The notes: generated by a model from the sequence alone, not told the origin. Shown: positions 13,380 through 25,404, counted from the stretch's first letter. The stretch is DNA of 64,000 nucleotides from Lingula anatina (GCA_051362555.1 CM120648.1:3840587-3904586), one strand, 5' to 3'. Translations and numbers: made by a program.

Positions 13380-13547
13380 CAGGGGCGGATTGAGACCGTC
13401 TTCTGGATCTTCCGGAAGACGGTCAGATTTTCAAGTTTACATTGACGGGCATCTAATTTTTTCTGTCGGAAGACGGCAAAAAATGTACGATGGATCAACA
13501 AAGATCATTTTAAAGACTGTCAGAAAATAGCTCTGAAATAGCCCCTG
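13380..13547. mobile_element. hAT-type MITE with 8-bp TSD (CTGTCTCT)
   Basis: Ends CAGGGGC...GCCCCTG with an exact TSD at 13372-13379 and 13548-13555. A homologous copy lies at 62359-62525. Confidence 0.88.
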
Positions 13548-13714
13548 CTGTCTCTCGCACTGAAAGGTAAATTAAACTCATAAAACGGATGCGCCCCACG
13601 TCATTTCTCTCTTAGGTTTCTAAAAAATATTACATTTTTGATCATTTTTGCTCGATTTTCCCTTCCCGGAACCCGTGTGTCTAAACAAAATTAATAAAGC
13701 CTGCACAATTCCGA

Positions 13715-13794
13715 ACCTCGTTCTCACATTGCAAATCGTGGCCGCAATAACACGGGAATCCGGAAGTCGGACATTATCAGAATGAGAACGAGGT
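13715..13794. mobile_element. 80-bp mini inverted-repeat element
   Basis: acctcgttctca ... tgagaacgaggt, 12-bp perfect inverted ends. Confidence 0.55.
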
Positions 13795-13911
13795 CATAGC
13801 ACAACTTTTCTTTTTTCACAAACTAAAAAAATTAAGATATAAACAAATTTGATGTCATAAATAACCTGGCTTTTCCAACATCTTTTAATGCTACAGTAGT
13901 CCAACTAGGTT

Positions 13912-16900
13912 CTATCCCAGCACCAGTTGCGCTGTGTCGTCTCCACATGATGCCTGCGCGAGCGAAGACCTCCCTTCCGTGGCGGACTCAACGGCGTCAT
14001 TTTGTTGGCAACTGTCGCTATCGGAGGTGACAGGACGTTTTGGGAAAAAGTAAAATTCCTTTCGCAGAGAAGAAGACTGATAGTCCAGTGCGGCACGTTT
14101 CCTCGACAGAATGCGGTTTATCTGAAACAGGTTGTAAAGATTTTTTTTAATATCGAATATAATTCAATTTTTATCCCCAAAGCACTTACTATTAAACTCT
14201 TGCCTCTTCGTACCTTGCGTTTGATTTTACTGCAAATTTTCAGGCAGTTGACAAGACATATTCAAAGTGACAAATTACAAAAAAAAGGTGATTAGTGCGA
14301 TTTACTACATGCATATTAACATATTAATTCATATCAGACAAAAGAATTGAATGATGGCCCCGTATTTGGCGGAGCAAATTTCCTCCATATCCGTAGCTTT
14401 TCGTGGCCTTACTAGAAAGTTGCGCTCTTGCTACATAAAATAATCGCACTGCTATACTAGATCTCAGAAGCTGAATAAACAAAAATAAACCATCAAGGCC
14501 CGTTGTTGCAATTGCTCATTCGGTTGAACTCGGGTGCTTCCGTTTCTAACCGATATGTCTCGAGGTTGGGAGTCACACTCGAAACAATAATACCCCTCAC
14601 TAACCTTGGTTAGCATGGAATTGAGGCTGTCGCTGTGTGCAAACGTACAGAAAACATACACTAGTGCTTCTAAAAACCAAAAATTGGGACTCGTTTCTGT
14701 CGATGAAGCTGAAAAAAAAATCAGTATTCTAAACCAGACTGAGCAACAAATTCAAACAAAATGACCTGCCAGTACCAAGGTTTACTTTCTAATTGTATTT
14801 ATCTTACGTCCAGTAATTTATTTGACAGACAAACAATAAACAACCAAAAAGATGTCCATATTTTCATTTTTATTTTTTAATGCAAACAATAAAATAATGA
14901 GCCTCACACAATTCTGCAGTGATTGTGAAAAGGTTTTTCCATACACATTAGTAGAAAAGGAACATCTAGAAACAAAAACTAAAATGTCCAATTCTCCAAA
15001 GATGTGAGCTTGCGTTTTGCTTGTTTACGAATAACGATTTTTGACCATATTTTAAATCCAAGATGGTGCAATTTTTTCTCAATATGTAAGAGACCGTTCA
15101 CAATGAATTTTGTCGACCTAGCTCATGTGTACAAACTCCATGGGGAATCTCGCTGAATGCAATCAGATGAACAGACTAAGACGCCTCCTTTTGTTTCCAA
15201 CGTACTCGAATATCACCAGCTTTTCCGTATTCTACTCAACGCTAGGAGGAGGCGTGTTAGTGTCTTAATTAAGATATACTCACTGTATTCCGTAGAAGCA
15301 GCTACAAATATATCTGCCATGGTAGGCACAGCATCAGTAGCAACCTTCCCCTCTCCACCATCTCGTAAAGACACCGCTTGCAGATCGGCTGTAAGTTGTT
15401 CCATAACTTCTCTGCTTTCCCCTTCGGTATTGTCAGTGTCATTATCCACTGTAAAGGTGCATGCACAATGATATACAAAGTACATTTTTGTGATAATAAA
15501 ATTGGGTATCTGAAAGCTTGTTCATTTTTGCTAATTGCAAAGATCGAGTCACTACTGTATTCTGTTTTATGTCGCTAATACTCACTCCCCATGGCTGAAC
15601 AGGCCTGTGACCAGAAATTTCAAGCTGACGACTATTTTTCTGAAAAACTGGACCATTTTACCCCCTATGTTGTTCCAACCTGTGGAATGTCCATGGCTTA
15701 GATCAAATTTGGATTCAGAGCGGGCGTTTTCGGCCACAAGGGCTGTACTTTCAACCCAGGTCTCGGGGAACTATTTGTAACTTACCACATGTCTGCGCCA
15801 AAAACAGTTTTGGTTTATTCACCAAAGAACTACAGTTCTGTCCGTTGAAGAAGCATGTAACTTCACTGAGGCTGATGGTTTTGCCGTCCTTCCCCGTTAA
15901 TATTCCTCCTTTGCCGTAACCTATGAATATGCAAATGAAGGACTCCGCGTCTCCGTGTTCCACATTCTGGGCCTCGCTGCGTAAGACTTCCTTAATTTTC
16001 TGAAATATGAAAAAATTTTGATATTTATTTAGCACAAGCTGAAAACATTTTTCATATCGTCAGTTTGCCAAGCTGATGGACGTTTCTACTCGTGACAATT
16101 ATTGCGACAACACAAGGATTGTTACATGTACCAATCGATTATAACTCAAAGTTAGGTCAGTTATTTTAGTGTGTAGTAAAAGCTAAATGCCTCTTTGATA
16201 TTTTAAAAACTAATTCAGTTTAACAGATTAACACGCCTCCTCATTTCCAACATACTAGTAAAGTCACCTGGTTTTCTACACTCCACTCAAAGCCAAATAG
16301 AAGCGTGCTTATCTGTTAAACTGACTGCACTCAGCGAGAGTCTGAGTCCCCGCAGAGCTGGCCCGATCTACGAAGATCTACGATAGTATAGTTTCTATGG
16401 AATGGGCCATTATTCTCTACAGAGTGCGTAACCCGGTTATGTATCATTTGCTTAAGATAATTATTTGCATATTATTATTTAGCCTTTTTTAATATTGCCT
16501 TATTTCAAAATTCATAAATATACATTCTTTCCAGACTGTCTTAAAAACAACGCACTTCTCAGAATTCTCTTTTCAACGCTTTAAAAATTATTATCAAAAC
16601 ATTATTTTGGGTAATATTCTTAATCAATTTGGTTTGGATTTATATAGCTTTAAGTTAAATCCATGTGTTTTAATTCCATTTTCTAAATTTGACGTTGTAT
16701 AGGACCACTTCCTTTCAGATACCTACCTCTGCTTTTAAATTCTTCTTGTGATAAACTTTATAGCCTAGCTTTTTCAAAAGTCGAGTTAAATTGGTCCTCA
16801 GTATATCATGGCCTTCCATTCTGATATTAAGGATAATCAACGCTCTCCCTTTGTTTGCGCTGGCATTCTTATAAACCTGTAATAACAGGAAAATGCCCTA

Positions 16901-17495
16901 TCGTGTGTAATGGACAAATGTTATTATGGTGAGGTTGAATACGGTTAAACATGTACGTAAAAGGCTTTAAATTGATTCAGACCTTTTAAAAATTTAACAC
17001 AATTCAGAAGCAAGGTTCAATGTGTAAAAACCGACGCTCCAGTATGAAAATTATAAAAGTGTTTCTTGGGAATTTTTGTCTCTTGCGGAGTTAATTGCCT
17101 CATGTGGAAATTTTAAAAGTTTGTCCTACTTTAATTTTGATAATTACAAAATTACTGGCACAGTATCAGCAATAATGGTACACGCACAACTCTGAAGGCC
17201 TTTAAACGTGGTAATAAGAGCTTCTGAAAATTACCTGCGAATATTTTTCTTGTAACCGCAGTACACTGTCAGACATGTCGAACTTCAAAGAATCAACAAA
17301 TACCAGAGACTGCCCGGCGTCACACGGCAACTCTATAGTGCAAACACAAGAAATAGTGTCTAAAAGTTATTCAAAAAGTCTTTGACTTAAAGGCGATTCC
17401 CTGCCAAAAATCACACTTTTGTTTTATATACAGGTACTTTTCAAAATAACAACTGATATATAATTACTAGTACTTGTTTTCTCAAAATACAAAAA

Positions 17496-17545
<50 letters not shown>

Positions 17546-18578
17546 ATTCAGCAGCGATCATATCCAAAATACAGGCCTAGGATACCACTGAACTTTACCT
17601 GGCAACTGCACGTCTTCCTCTTCCGGTTGCACTGGTTGAGTAACGCGTGGTTGGGTATTAACAGGTTGTGTGTTTGCAGGACACGGAGTAGATGTAGGGG
17701 GCGCGCGTGCCGCTTCTTTGGCAAGGCGCTCCTCTTTCCTTTCGGGAAAGAGAAGGTCTGCTAAATGTCCTTGCTCTGAAACGTTAATACTTAGATAATG
17801 AGCTGTTTCATTGCTTTTCTGAATTCAGGAAATAAATAGATTAATTACATAACATCGACACCGCCTGTTTCTTAAAACAGTTTTTTTATTTCTATATTTA
17901 TATCTCTTTCTAAATGATTCGAACGGCCGCTGTACCAAAAATCTTAAGAAAGTAAATTCAAAATTAAATGAACAATTACAGTGTATTACAAACAGGCAGG
18001 AATTACGTCCACACATAGCTCATTGGACTGCAAGCAAGGAATGCAGTCGCACGTTAAAAGCCCAGAAATAAAAAAGTATTATTTTAAGATTGTGCAGTAT
18101 ACTTGCAATTTGAGTGACGATCTTGACAAAATGAAGGTCGGAATTTTAAAACAATTCCTTCACTTATGGTCTGATACGTACGTCACATTATTTGAGTACA
18201 AACCTGTTTCTACTAGAGCATCATAAAAGACATGAATGGCTTGTTTTCCTCGCATTGGAACTGTGTCAAGTATCTTCCGCACCTTGTCCGTCCGCGTACG
18301 GCAGGCCTAGATCAAGGTTAAAGGTCAAACACAAAATCCAGTAGAGATTAAAATTCAAAGGTCGATGAAAAATAAAATTCAAAGCACTTTAAATCCTTTT
18401 TAAACATATGCAGTTCATGATGGGACAAAGATAAACAGTAGTGCAAATAGTGCGGAAGCTATAAACATTACAGGTAATGTACACAGTTATAATAGGCATT
18501 GGAGCCGGTTGGTGGATGGGAGCTGGGAAGCCCTCCCCCCTCCCATTTTTTTCAACCATGTCAGTCACATCCATTTAA

Positions 18579-18612
<34 letters not shown>

Positions 18613-18862
18613 AAGAGGACCTCCTTTGCTATTTTGTTTTCTTTTCCAGAATATTGGTTCTCTATGTGTGAGCAATTTGCAAATTTTTAGTGGACAATTT
18701 TACCTAAAATAAGAAAAAGCTGTTCCTAACCTGTACATCTTCCTTCGTAGAATCCGTGAAAATTCCCATGGAGTACAGATATTCGATGACATCGTCAGGC
18801 ATCATATCCTTTATGAAAGCCGTGCGGTTCCGGCGTATTCGCTCCCTATCAGTTTTCTCCAT
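13912..18862 (-). CDS. CARD-containing caspase-like protein (caspase-2/9-type architecture), predicted catalytically inactive, 450 aa; exons 18862-18731, 18306-18204, 17775-17599, 17332-17235, 16876-16727, 15999-15786, 15448-15284, 14708-14605, 14121-13912
   Basis: All introns are GT-AG and phases are consistent (1353 nt, no internal stop). CARD: MEKTDRERIRRNRTAFIKDM...DKVRKILDTVPMRGKQAIHVFYDALVET. Large subunit: KGRALII...LGYKV, FICIFIGYG, NCSSLVNKPKLFLAQTC. Small subunit: VPTMADIFVA, FWFLEALVYVF, MLTKINR, SSLRKEFYFFP. Confidence 0.88.
17499..17542. repeat. (GA)n microsatellite in a caspase intron
   Basis: Direct inspection. Confidence 0.95.
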
Positions 18863-19110
18863 GATTGGAACCTATTACAAATAAACACGTAGATATTTTA
18901 AAACAGTCTGTGATACGTGTTTAAATTAGCGTAAGATCTTTATATGACAAAAATCCCGCGGGATTTCAACCATTTCCCCTTTGTCAATAGCCTACAAAAC
19001 CTTTAAAGAAATTATGGCTTGTAGGCCTAAACCCTTTCAAATTTTAACTTTCTACTTCTTTACCGTCACAAGTGAAATTCACTTATCTACATCTCTGTCA
19101 AAAAAAAAAA

Positions 19111-19144
19111 AATAATAATAATAATAATAATAAAAAAATAAATA

Positions 19145-19180
<36 letters not shown>
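19111..19180. repeat. (AAT)n microsatellite
   Basis: Direct inspection. Confidence 0.85.
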
Positions 19181-19382
19181 CCTATTATTCAAAAAGCCTG
19201 ACGTAACCCACTGTACTACGTTCGGTACTAGTAGGCCTCCGTTAGCTGGCAAATGCCATTAACCTGCATTGAAGGATCCCAGATTAGACCTCAGTCACCT
19301 GTAGGCCTACTATGCTGTAGGTCCTAGTGTCGGACTTTCTTGGGTGCTTTCATTCTAAACATAACTGATAGACCCCATCCCC

Positions 19383-19562
19383 ATAGATTTTAGATCGATC
19401 TATCCCTGTGGGGAGTCTCACTAGATTACTGTCAGCTTAGCCGGCTTAATTAAGCGTCTGTCCCGCCTACTAAAAGCTGTAAGGGGGTAATTAACTATGG
19501 TGCGCGCTCAGGTGACTGCAATTTAGCATGAACCCCCAGGGAGTTAGGTCGATCTAAATCTA
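19383..19562. mobile_element. Degenerate foldback/MITE-like element
   Basis: tagattttagatcgatcta...ggggagt...ctagattactgtca pairs imperfectly with tgactgcaatttag...accccc...taggtcgatctaaatcta. Confidence 0.5.
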
Positions 19563-20055
19563 ATTCTCTGGATCGATCTATTCGATTCGAGGCCTACCTG
19601 CGGTGATAGGGGTGAGAGTGCGACCTCATCCCCCCCTCCTCCCCCAGTGTAGAGAAATTCGTACGTACGGCACTAGGAGGTACATGTACCATGAATAGCA
19701 GGTCTCAGACCTAACAAAGCTGTTTGGACAGTTCTCTCTCTACATATATCACTGCATAATCAGCGTACGGCGTTTACATGATTAGGTATATAGGCCCTAC
19801 TTGTCCCGCTGGTAAGTAGACACTCCTACTTTTTTATCGAGGCCCCAAACGCTTTCTTACAGAGATCGCCTGTCTGTACCCAAGGCAGGGACATTATGAA
19901 CACCTATGATTACCCGTGAAATCAACAGACTAATAAAAAAACCCTTCTAAATAAAAAATTAAAAGAGAAAATGTGTGACATACTTTTCCGTTTCCTGTTC
20001 ACCATAAAGTTACGCGTGCGCAAACCGCACTGCAACTGACCCAGTTTTAAAAAAG

Positions 20056-20065
20056 GGGGATCCCC
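20056..20065. promoter_or_regulatory. Candidate NF-kB (p50-type) palindrome GGGGATCCCC upstream of a putative non-coding first exon of the caspase-like gene
   Basis: Perfect 10-bp kB-like palindrome about 75 bp upstream (- strand) of a GTATGT donor at 19983. The first coding exon has an acceptor at 18872, implying an upstream exon. Function is not demonstrable from sequence. Confidence 0.35.
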
Positions 20066-20087
20066 TTTTTGCCTCGGCTATGCAGAC

Positions 20088-20260
20088 CTAACTCGAAAGC
20101 ATCGCTCATTGCGACTGAGCGCAAACGTTTCGATTCCATAACTCGCCCATACCCGCCCCATATAATACATTGTACATAGCCTCTGTGTGATATCGCTATT
20201 CGCGCTGCCTTCGAGTTACGGGGCCCAGGGCACGAGAAAGTGATCTTTGCTAAAATTAGA
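20088..20260. mobile_element. Interspersed repeat shared, inverted, with ~49010-49245
   Basis: taactcgaaag...ttgcgactgagcgcaa...ataactcgcccatacccgccccatataat...tagcctct is the reverse complement of 49145-49243. Confidence 0.7.
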
Positions 20261-21022
20261 ACAAATAATTCTAATATTGCCTTTTTTTTCTCTCAAGATA
20301 CGAAATAAAAAATAAAACTTAAAATGAAAAAGGAAGACGGCCAATATCAATTAAAAGATTTAAGCCCTTACACACAAATAAAACTTTAAATGTGAGCGGA
20401 GTGTGGAGGGGAGGGGGGCTACGACCGCCCCTCTCGCTATCTGTTTCTTTCATTTTAATTTGTTATACGTCATTTCAATCTTTTTCCTCTACAGGTGTCA
20501 TATTAATTATGAAGAATCAATTGATCATCGCTCTTTTAAATGTCATACTACTGACTAGCGATTATATTTTTACTCAGTGTAGGCTATATAGGCTCATCCC
20601 TCATTGTTTCCTCTTTTTTAACACATTGTTAAAAATTTACATGCATCGCAAACACAGATATTCTTGTCCCAAACCAGACCTGTTTATTGACTTTCTCAAG
20701 GAATGGTATGCAAATACAGATGGTAATGCGATTTCGAAAAAAACGAAAAGGTTCAGATTTCAAATGATTCAACTTTCCGTTCATACTTTTTGATTTTCTT
20801 AGTTATGAAAGACTTTTACTTCCTATTTTTATGTAAACTCGACCTTAAATACACGCCTACATATTAACTTAATGAGACAACTGGCATTTCAAGAAAGGCC
20901 TACTATGGGCAAAACTAACAACTCAATAATAACGACAGCCTGGTATTTTTACCGTCACACAAACATACAACAACAACAATTATTATTATTATTAAGGAGT
21001 AGGAAATGATTATCATAACATG

Positions 21023-21308
21023 CAGTGGCGGATTTAGAGGGGGGGGGGGGGGGGGTCCTGACCCCCCCCTTCAATTTCTGGTCCCCTCTTGAAATTAGAA
21101 TTTTGACTAGCTGAATCTTTGAATGCTCTAGCTGAATGCTCTAAACCGTACCCAATGGCACCGTTCGCCCTCTTACATACCACACATTTCGGGGCCCCGA
21201 ACCCACGCCAAGTGTGTGTGTGGGGGGGGGGGGGGGGGGCGGCTTCGCATCCACGGACCCCCCCCCCCCCCCCCCCCCCCCTGTCAAATAATCCTAGATC
21301 CGCCCCTG
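21023..21308. mobile_element. hAT-like MITE (CAGTGGCGGAT...ATCCGCCCCTG); related truncated copy at ~48608-48780
   Basis: Imperfect TIRs, poly-G/poly-C subterminal tracts and an internal sequence matching 48608-48780. No clear TSD. Confidence 0.7.
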
Positions 21309-22563
21309 ACCTGCTGAAACTTTCTGGCGTTTATCGTCTGCTTCAGACGACAAAATTAGTTCAATGATTGAAGGACAGCCCACATGCAGCATTTATCAAG
21401 ATCATCTTGAAATCCACTGGTGAACAAAAAATTATGCAACATAACACGGGCCCAACAAATTAGAGTTATACCAGGGTCATCTTGAAGTATTTATTGATTA
21501 TCGTGACTCCATCAATCTCTATTTCCTCAAGTACCAGTACACCAATATTTGCGAAAATAATACATTTAGATATCCATTTATACTAGGACGCAATCCATCT
21601 TTTCAATGGGGATTGCCAATAACTGCGTCCATAATATGTCACCTGTTAGTCCCAACTGTATTGTGAACCTCACCTCACCTTTTTGGGGATTGTCACCTAG
21701 GACAGGTGGTCCATCATCATTGTACGACGCTCTCTATACAAGGGATCATCTCAAAATGTTACATGCTTTTAAGCTTTTAAGTTAAAACTTTTAGACCATT
21801 TTTTGCTCATTGCGGGATTAATCATGCTGTCCATTTTGATAAAGAGAAAAAAGTCTGATACATAAACCAGGCCTAGCTGTTTGGCAACAGGCACAATAAC
21901 TGGAATAATAATGATTTATAATAGAAGGAGGATTTGACTGGAATTTTAGTCTTAAAGTTTCGACCAGCTCAGTTTTTGTTCATTAATTTCATTGTGAGAC
22001 ACGCCCCTGATGCGTCATTTGTAGGATATTCACAAAGATCGAAACACTATCGTCAACAATAGACTGCCCTCTTCTTCTTATTATCAATTTATAAATATGC
22101 TTGGCGGTTTCACACCTAGTAACTGACTGTGTGGATGTATATGTATAGGGTCAATGACAGGGCACAGCCGGTTACTCTGTAGTAGTAGTCCAGTCAACGT
22201 CACAGTGATATCATTGAGGAGAAATGCACCATGGGATATCCTGGGAGCAAGTAAACAGATCCACCGCAAGTGCCAGATAAACACTTCGCACAAGACCCCG
22301 TATGGAAAGGAGTCAAGAGCAAACGAGGGTTATCTCGTACAAATAGCTTTCTTCAGATGAATCGGCTTCAGAGTTCGCACCAAACGACAGAGGGACATTT
22401 TAGATGCCTTCACTAAAAGGCGAATTGATGAAACATGCTGTTTTCAATTGCCTGAAGCCAAAATTCGAATATTATAACACGGAAAATTTTCGTAAATGGA
22501 AAGTGCCATTAGGATTTGTATGTACAACTATTTTTGTGATACTTGATGTGAAGATCGGACAGC

Positions 22564-25104
22564 ATGTCCAGAAGTACACGCAATAGGACAGCCATGCTAT
22601 TATTGCCGTTTGTTGTCCTCGTTGGTCATTCTCTTCAATGCGTGCATTCGCAGTGCGGTGCATGTTTTTGCGCAATTCCAAGATGCCGCATGACAGACGC
22701 TGTGCAGGAAACTGTCCAAAATATCATGTCTGCGTCGGCGTGCGCGAATATATGTGAGAGCACACCAGGGTAATGTTGAATATTTTTGTTAGCTTATAGC
22801 GTTTCAATTGTCAATAGCTATAGAAGAAATTAATTGACATTTCCCAGCCAATATTTTTTGCGGATCGACAGATGAAACTTTATTGGTCTACACCGGCTAG
22901 CAGGCTAAATCAGTTAATTCCTTGCAATCGAACGTCAAATTCCCAGTTTAATTGTGACGGCTTCACTTAATGCATAGCAGTTAGACAGGCCATAATTATA
23001 GTTTTTCATCACATAGTCTGTCGCGATATAGTATGTCGAACTACTCGTAAGCAAAGCCGTCACAAACATGAATGAAAATGCAGCTTAAATTTCGGTTTGG
23101 ATAAAACCTCCTTAAGCATCAGATGACATAGGCTACTTTTATCAACGGCCTGAAACAGGAGTGAAAACGGCCATTTTTTTATCGCAATTAACTTTTTCTT
23201 TTTTTTTTTAAGAAATGGCCTCAATAAAATTAAAAATTCTTAAAGTAGAATTATTAATATTTTTCAAGTTGTGCTTCATTTGGATTTCGAAAAGCGTCAC
23301 AACAATGTGATCTTTTGAACGGAACGCCGGAGATCGTCAACAACAACGTCAGGTGTGACGTCATAAGCGAAGAAGACGGGACCTATTCCCCTAATGCCTG
23401 TGGTCTGACTGATAAGTTGAACGTGACCGGCAGAATAGAGGTAGGTTGAATATCACGGTTACCTGTTCTATGGATCATTTTGCTTTCGTTGGTTATTTAG
23501 TTTAAGGCTCTAAACTTAAAATTGATTAGGTTTGGGTGATGGTCCATTAATGATGCCTTGGCGGAGGTCTGCCGTTTCTGAGTGCTTTTCTAGTTTGTAT
23601 ATTGGCTTATATTTCGGTCATGGAGTCGGATGACATGTGCAAAATAATATTTATTTATTTATTTATTTATTTCATTTATTTATTTATCTTTTAATCGTTT
23701 CTAATACTCAGTAACTGTGAAACAGTCTACTGAGTTGAATGTAGTTCACTTTTACTTTTAGACGGCTTCCAACTCAAGAGGTAAGTCCACAGTGACAGAC
23801 AGACAGACAAGTGAGTATTTATACACAGATTAGGGGAAAATCAAACAGAAACAGACAGGTCCGACAGACAAACATACAGACATGAAAATAAAGGCTTCTG
23901 ATCGTGCAGACAAATCGAACGACGAACAATTTACATGTAGTTAAGCAGACAACCAGACACGTGGAAACAGCTTTTAATGAATACAATATAAGGGTATCAT
24001 TAACATTAATAGTTGTCATCTCGTACAGAAAGTTACAATATCAACATGCAACTCATCGTTCCTTGGTTAAAATATTTTGGATTCTTTAAATTAATGCAGA
24101 TGCTCTTTAGAATTGCATGTTTTCGTATACTGCAAGTTGCGTTTTAGATAATCACACTTACACGTATGATGGTGACTGGCTGATCATCATGAGGCGCTAC
24201 AATGATGACGTCAACTTTAACCAAAGTTGGACGTCATACAAGCACGGGTTTGGTGATCCAACCAATCAGTTCTGGATAGGAAATAAGGTCATCTATCAAC
24301 TGACCAATCAAAATAATTATTCCTTACAAATGGACCTACTTTCTTGCAACGGGAGGTATTACTACGCAAGGTGGAGCCTGTTTAGGATTGGGTCAGAGTA
24401 TCAGAATTACAAAGTGAAGGACATGTTGGTCGAGTCTTTTAACACGACCAACACGACGAAAGCCGTGGACTTCTTGACGAATCCATTAGGAGCAGGCTTT
24501 TCAACATATGACCGGGCCCGAAATACAAACTGCCCGATTAGCTTCGGTAAGTTCTGGTGCAAAATGACAGGAAGATTTCGTCCATCTATACAAGAACTTT
24601 ACGATCTGTCTCTTCCCTAACTTCAAGTCATGGCGTTCCAGTCCATGGTCAAAGGTCTTTGTTAGATGTAACTTGACCGACTCTTCTGCGTTAGATCTGG
24701 AAGTCGGACAAAGTAGAAAACACGTTTAGTTTCGTTGCATACTTAGTTTGCAATATTTTCATGAATTAGAGGTACTTTAATTCCCCGCTAAATGTACAAA
24801 TAGATTGCACGCAGGTTTACAATTACATCAGGAAAATGAATTCAATTCATAAAAACGTTATACATGTAGATACATGTAGATGTATTTTTAACCAAGAATT
24901 AAATTTTTTTCAGGTGGTGGTTGGTGGTTTCGACAGTGTGCTATGGTGTGTTTAACGTGTACGTACAGCCACTGCCAGGATTCTACGATATTTCCTGAAG
25001 ATAAGCGGAGATCGTCAATGAAATTTGCTTCGGTGACCGGTAATAATTGTGACTACGGTTGTCTACTAAAAACTGCTACCATGAAAATTAAGAGAAATGC
25101 ATAA
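22564..25104 (+). CDS. Secreted PAN/apple-domain plus fibrinogen-related domain (FReD) protein, 328 aa; exons 22564-22769, 23269-23440, 23762-23780, 24148-24546, 24914-25104
   Basis: Signal-like MLLLPFVVLVGHSLQCVHS. PAN-like ACANICESTPGCASFGFRKASQQCDL. FReD motifs WLIIMRRYNDDVNFNQSWTSYKHGFG, FWIGN, FSTYD, GGGWWF, ATMKIK. GT-AG junctions join in frame (987 nt). The second Met (22594) could be the true start. Confidence 0.85.
23555..23595 (+). mobile_element. Helentron/HINE-like 3' terminus
   Basis: gccttggcggaggtctgccgtttctgagtgcttttctagtt resembles the subTIR-hairpin-CTAG-TT end of Helentron-associated elements. Confidence 0.5.
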
Positions 25105-25404
25105 ATGGAAAAAATAGTAGTTTGAGGCAGAAAAAGCATAGCATGTCAAGACCGTGTTTTCTTTAAATCCTTATGGTGACCAAATGATGCGTGTGATTTA
25201 CGACCTGATAAAGCTTTTGAAGAGCATACCCAACATTCCATGTAACTATGGTTAGATCACCCTAAGAGCCAATCTCATCCCTCGTTTGTCCCATCCGCCG
25301 GTTGAGGTAGCCTAAACTGTGAGTCAGCTGTGGAGCCAATGGTGATAACGATTAAAAATCACGTTCAAATGTTACATGTACGTCGTACTGACTATGTCCT
25401 CATA

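Noticed and set aside
14464-14604. Read-through C-terminus of the caspase (VSEGYYCFEC...)
   Set aside because: A donor at 14604 and the exon at 14121-13912 give the canonical SSLRKEFYFFP ending, which fits much better.
18582-18611. Long poly-G run as a functional G-quadruplex
   Set aside because: Similar G/C homopolymers are scattered through the window, often inside MITEs, so nothing singles this one out.
24117-24147. ATG at 24117 as the start of a standalone fibrinogen ORF
   Set aside because: It lies in an intron. The acceptor at 24147 joins in frame to upstream signal-peptide and PAN exons.
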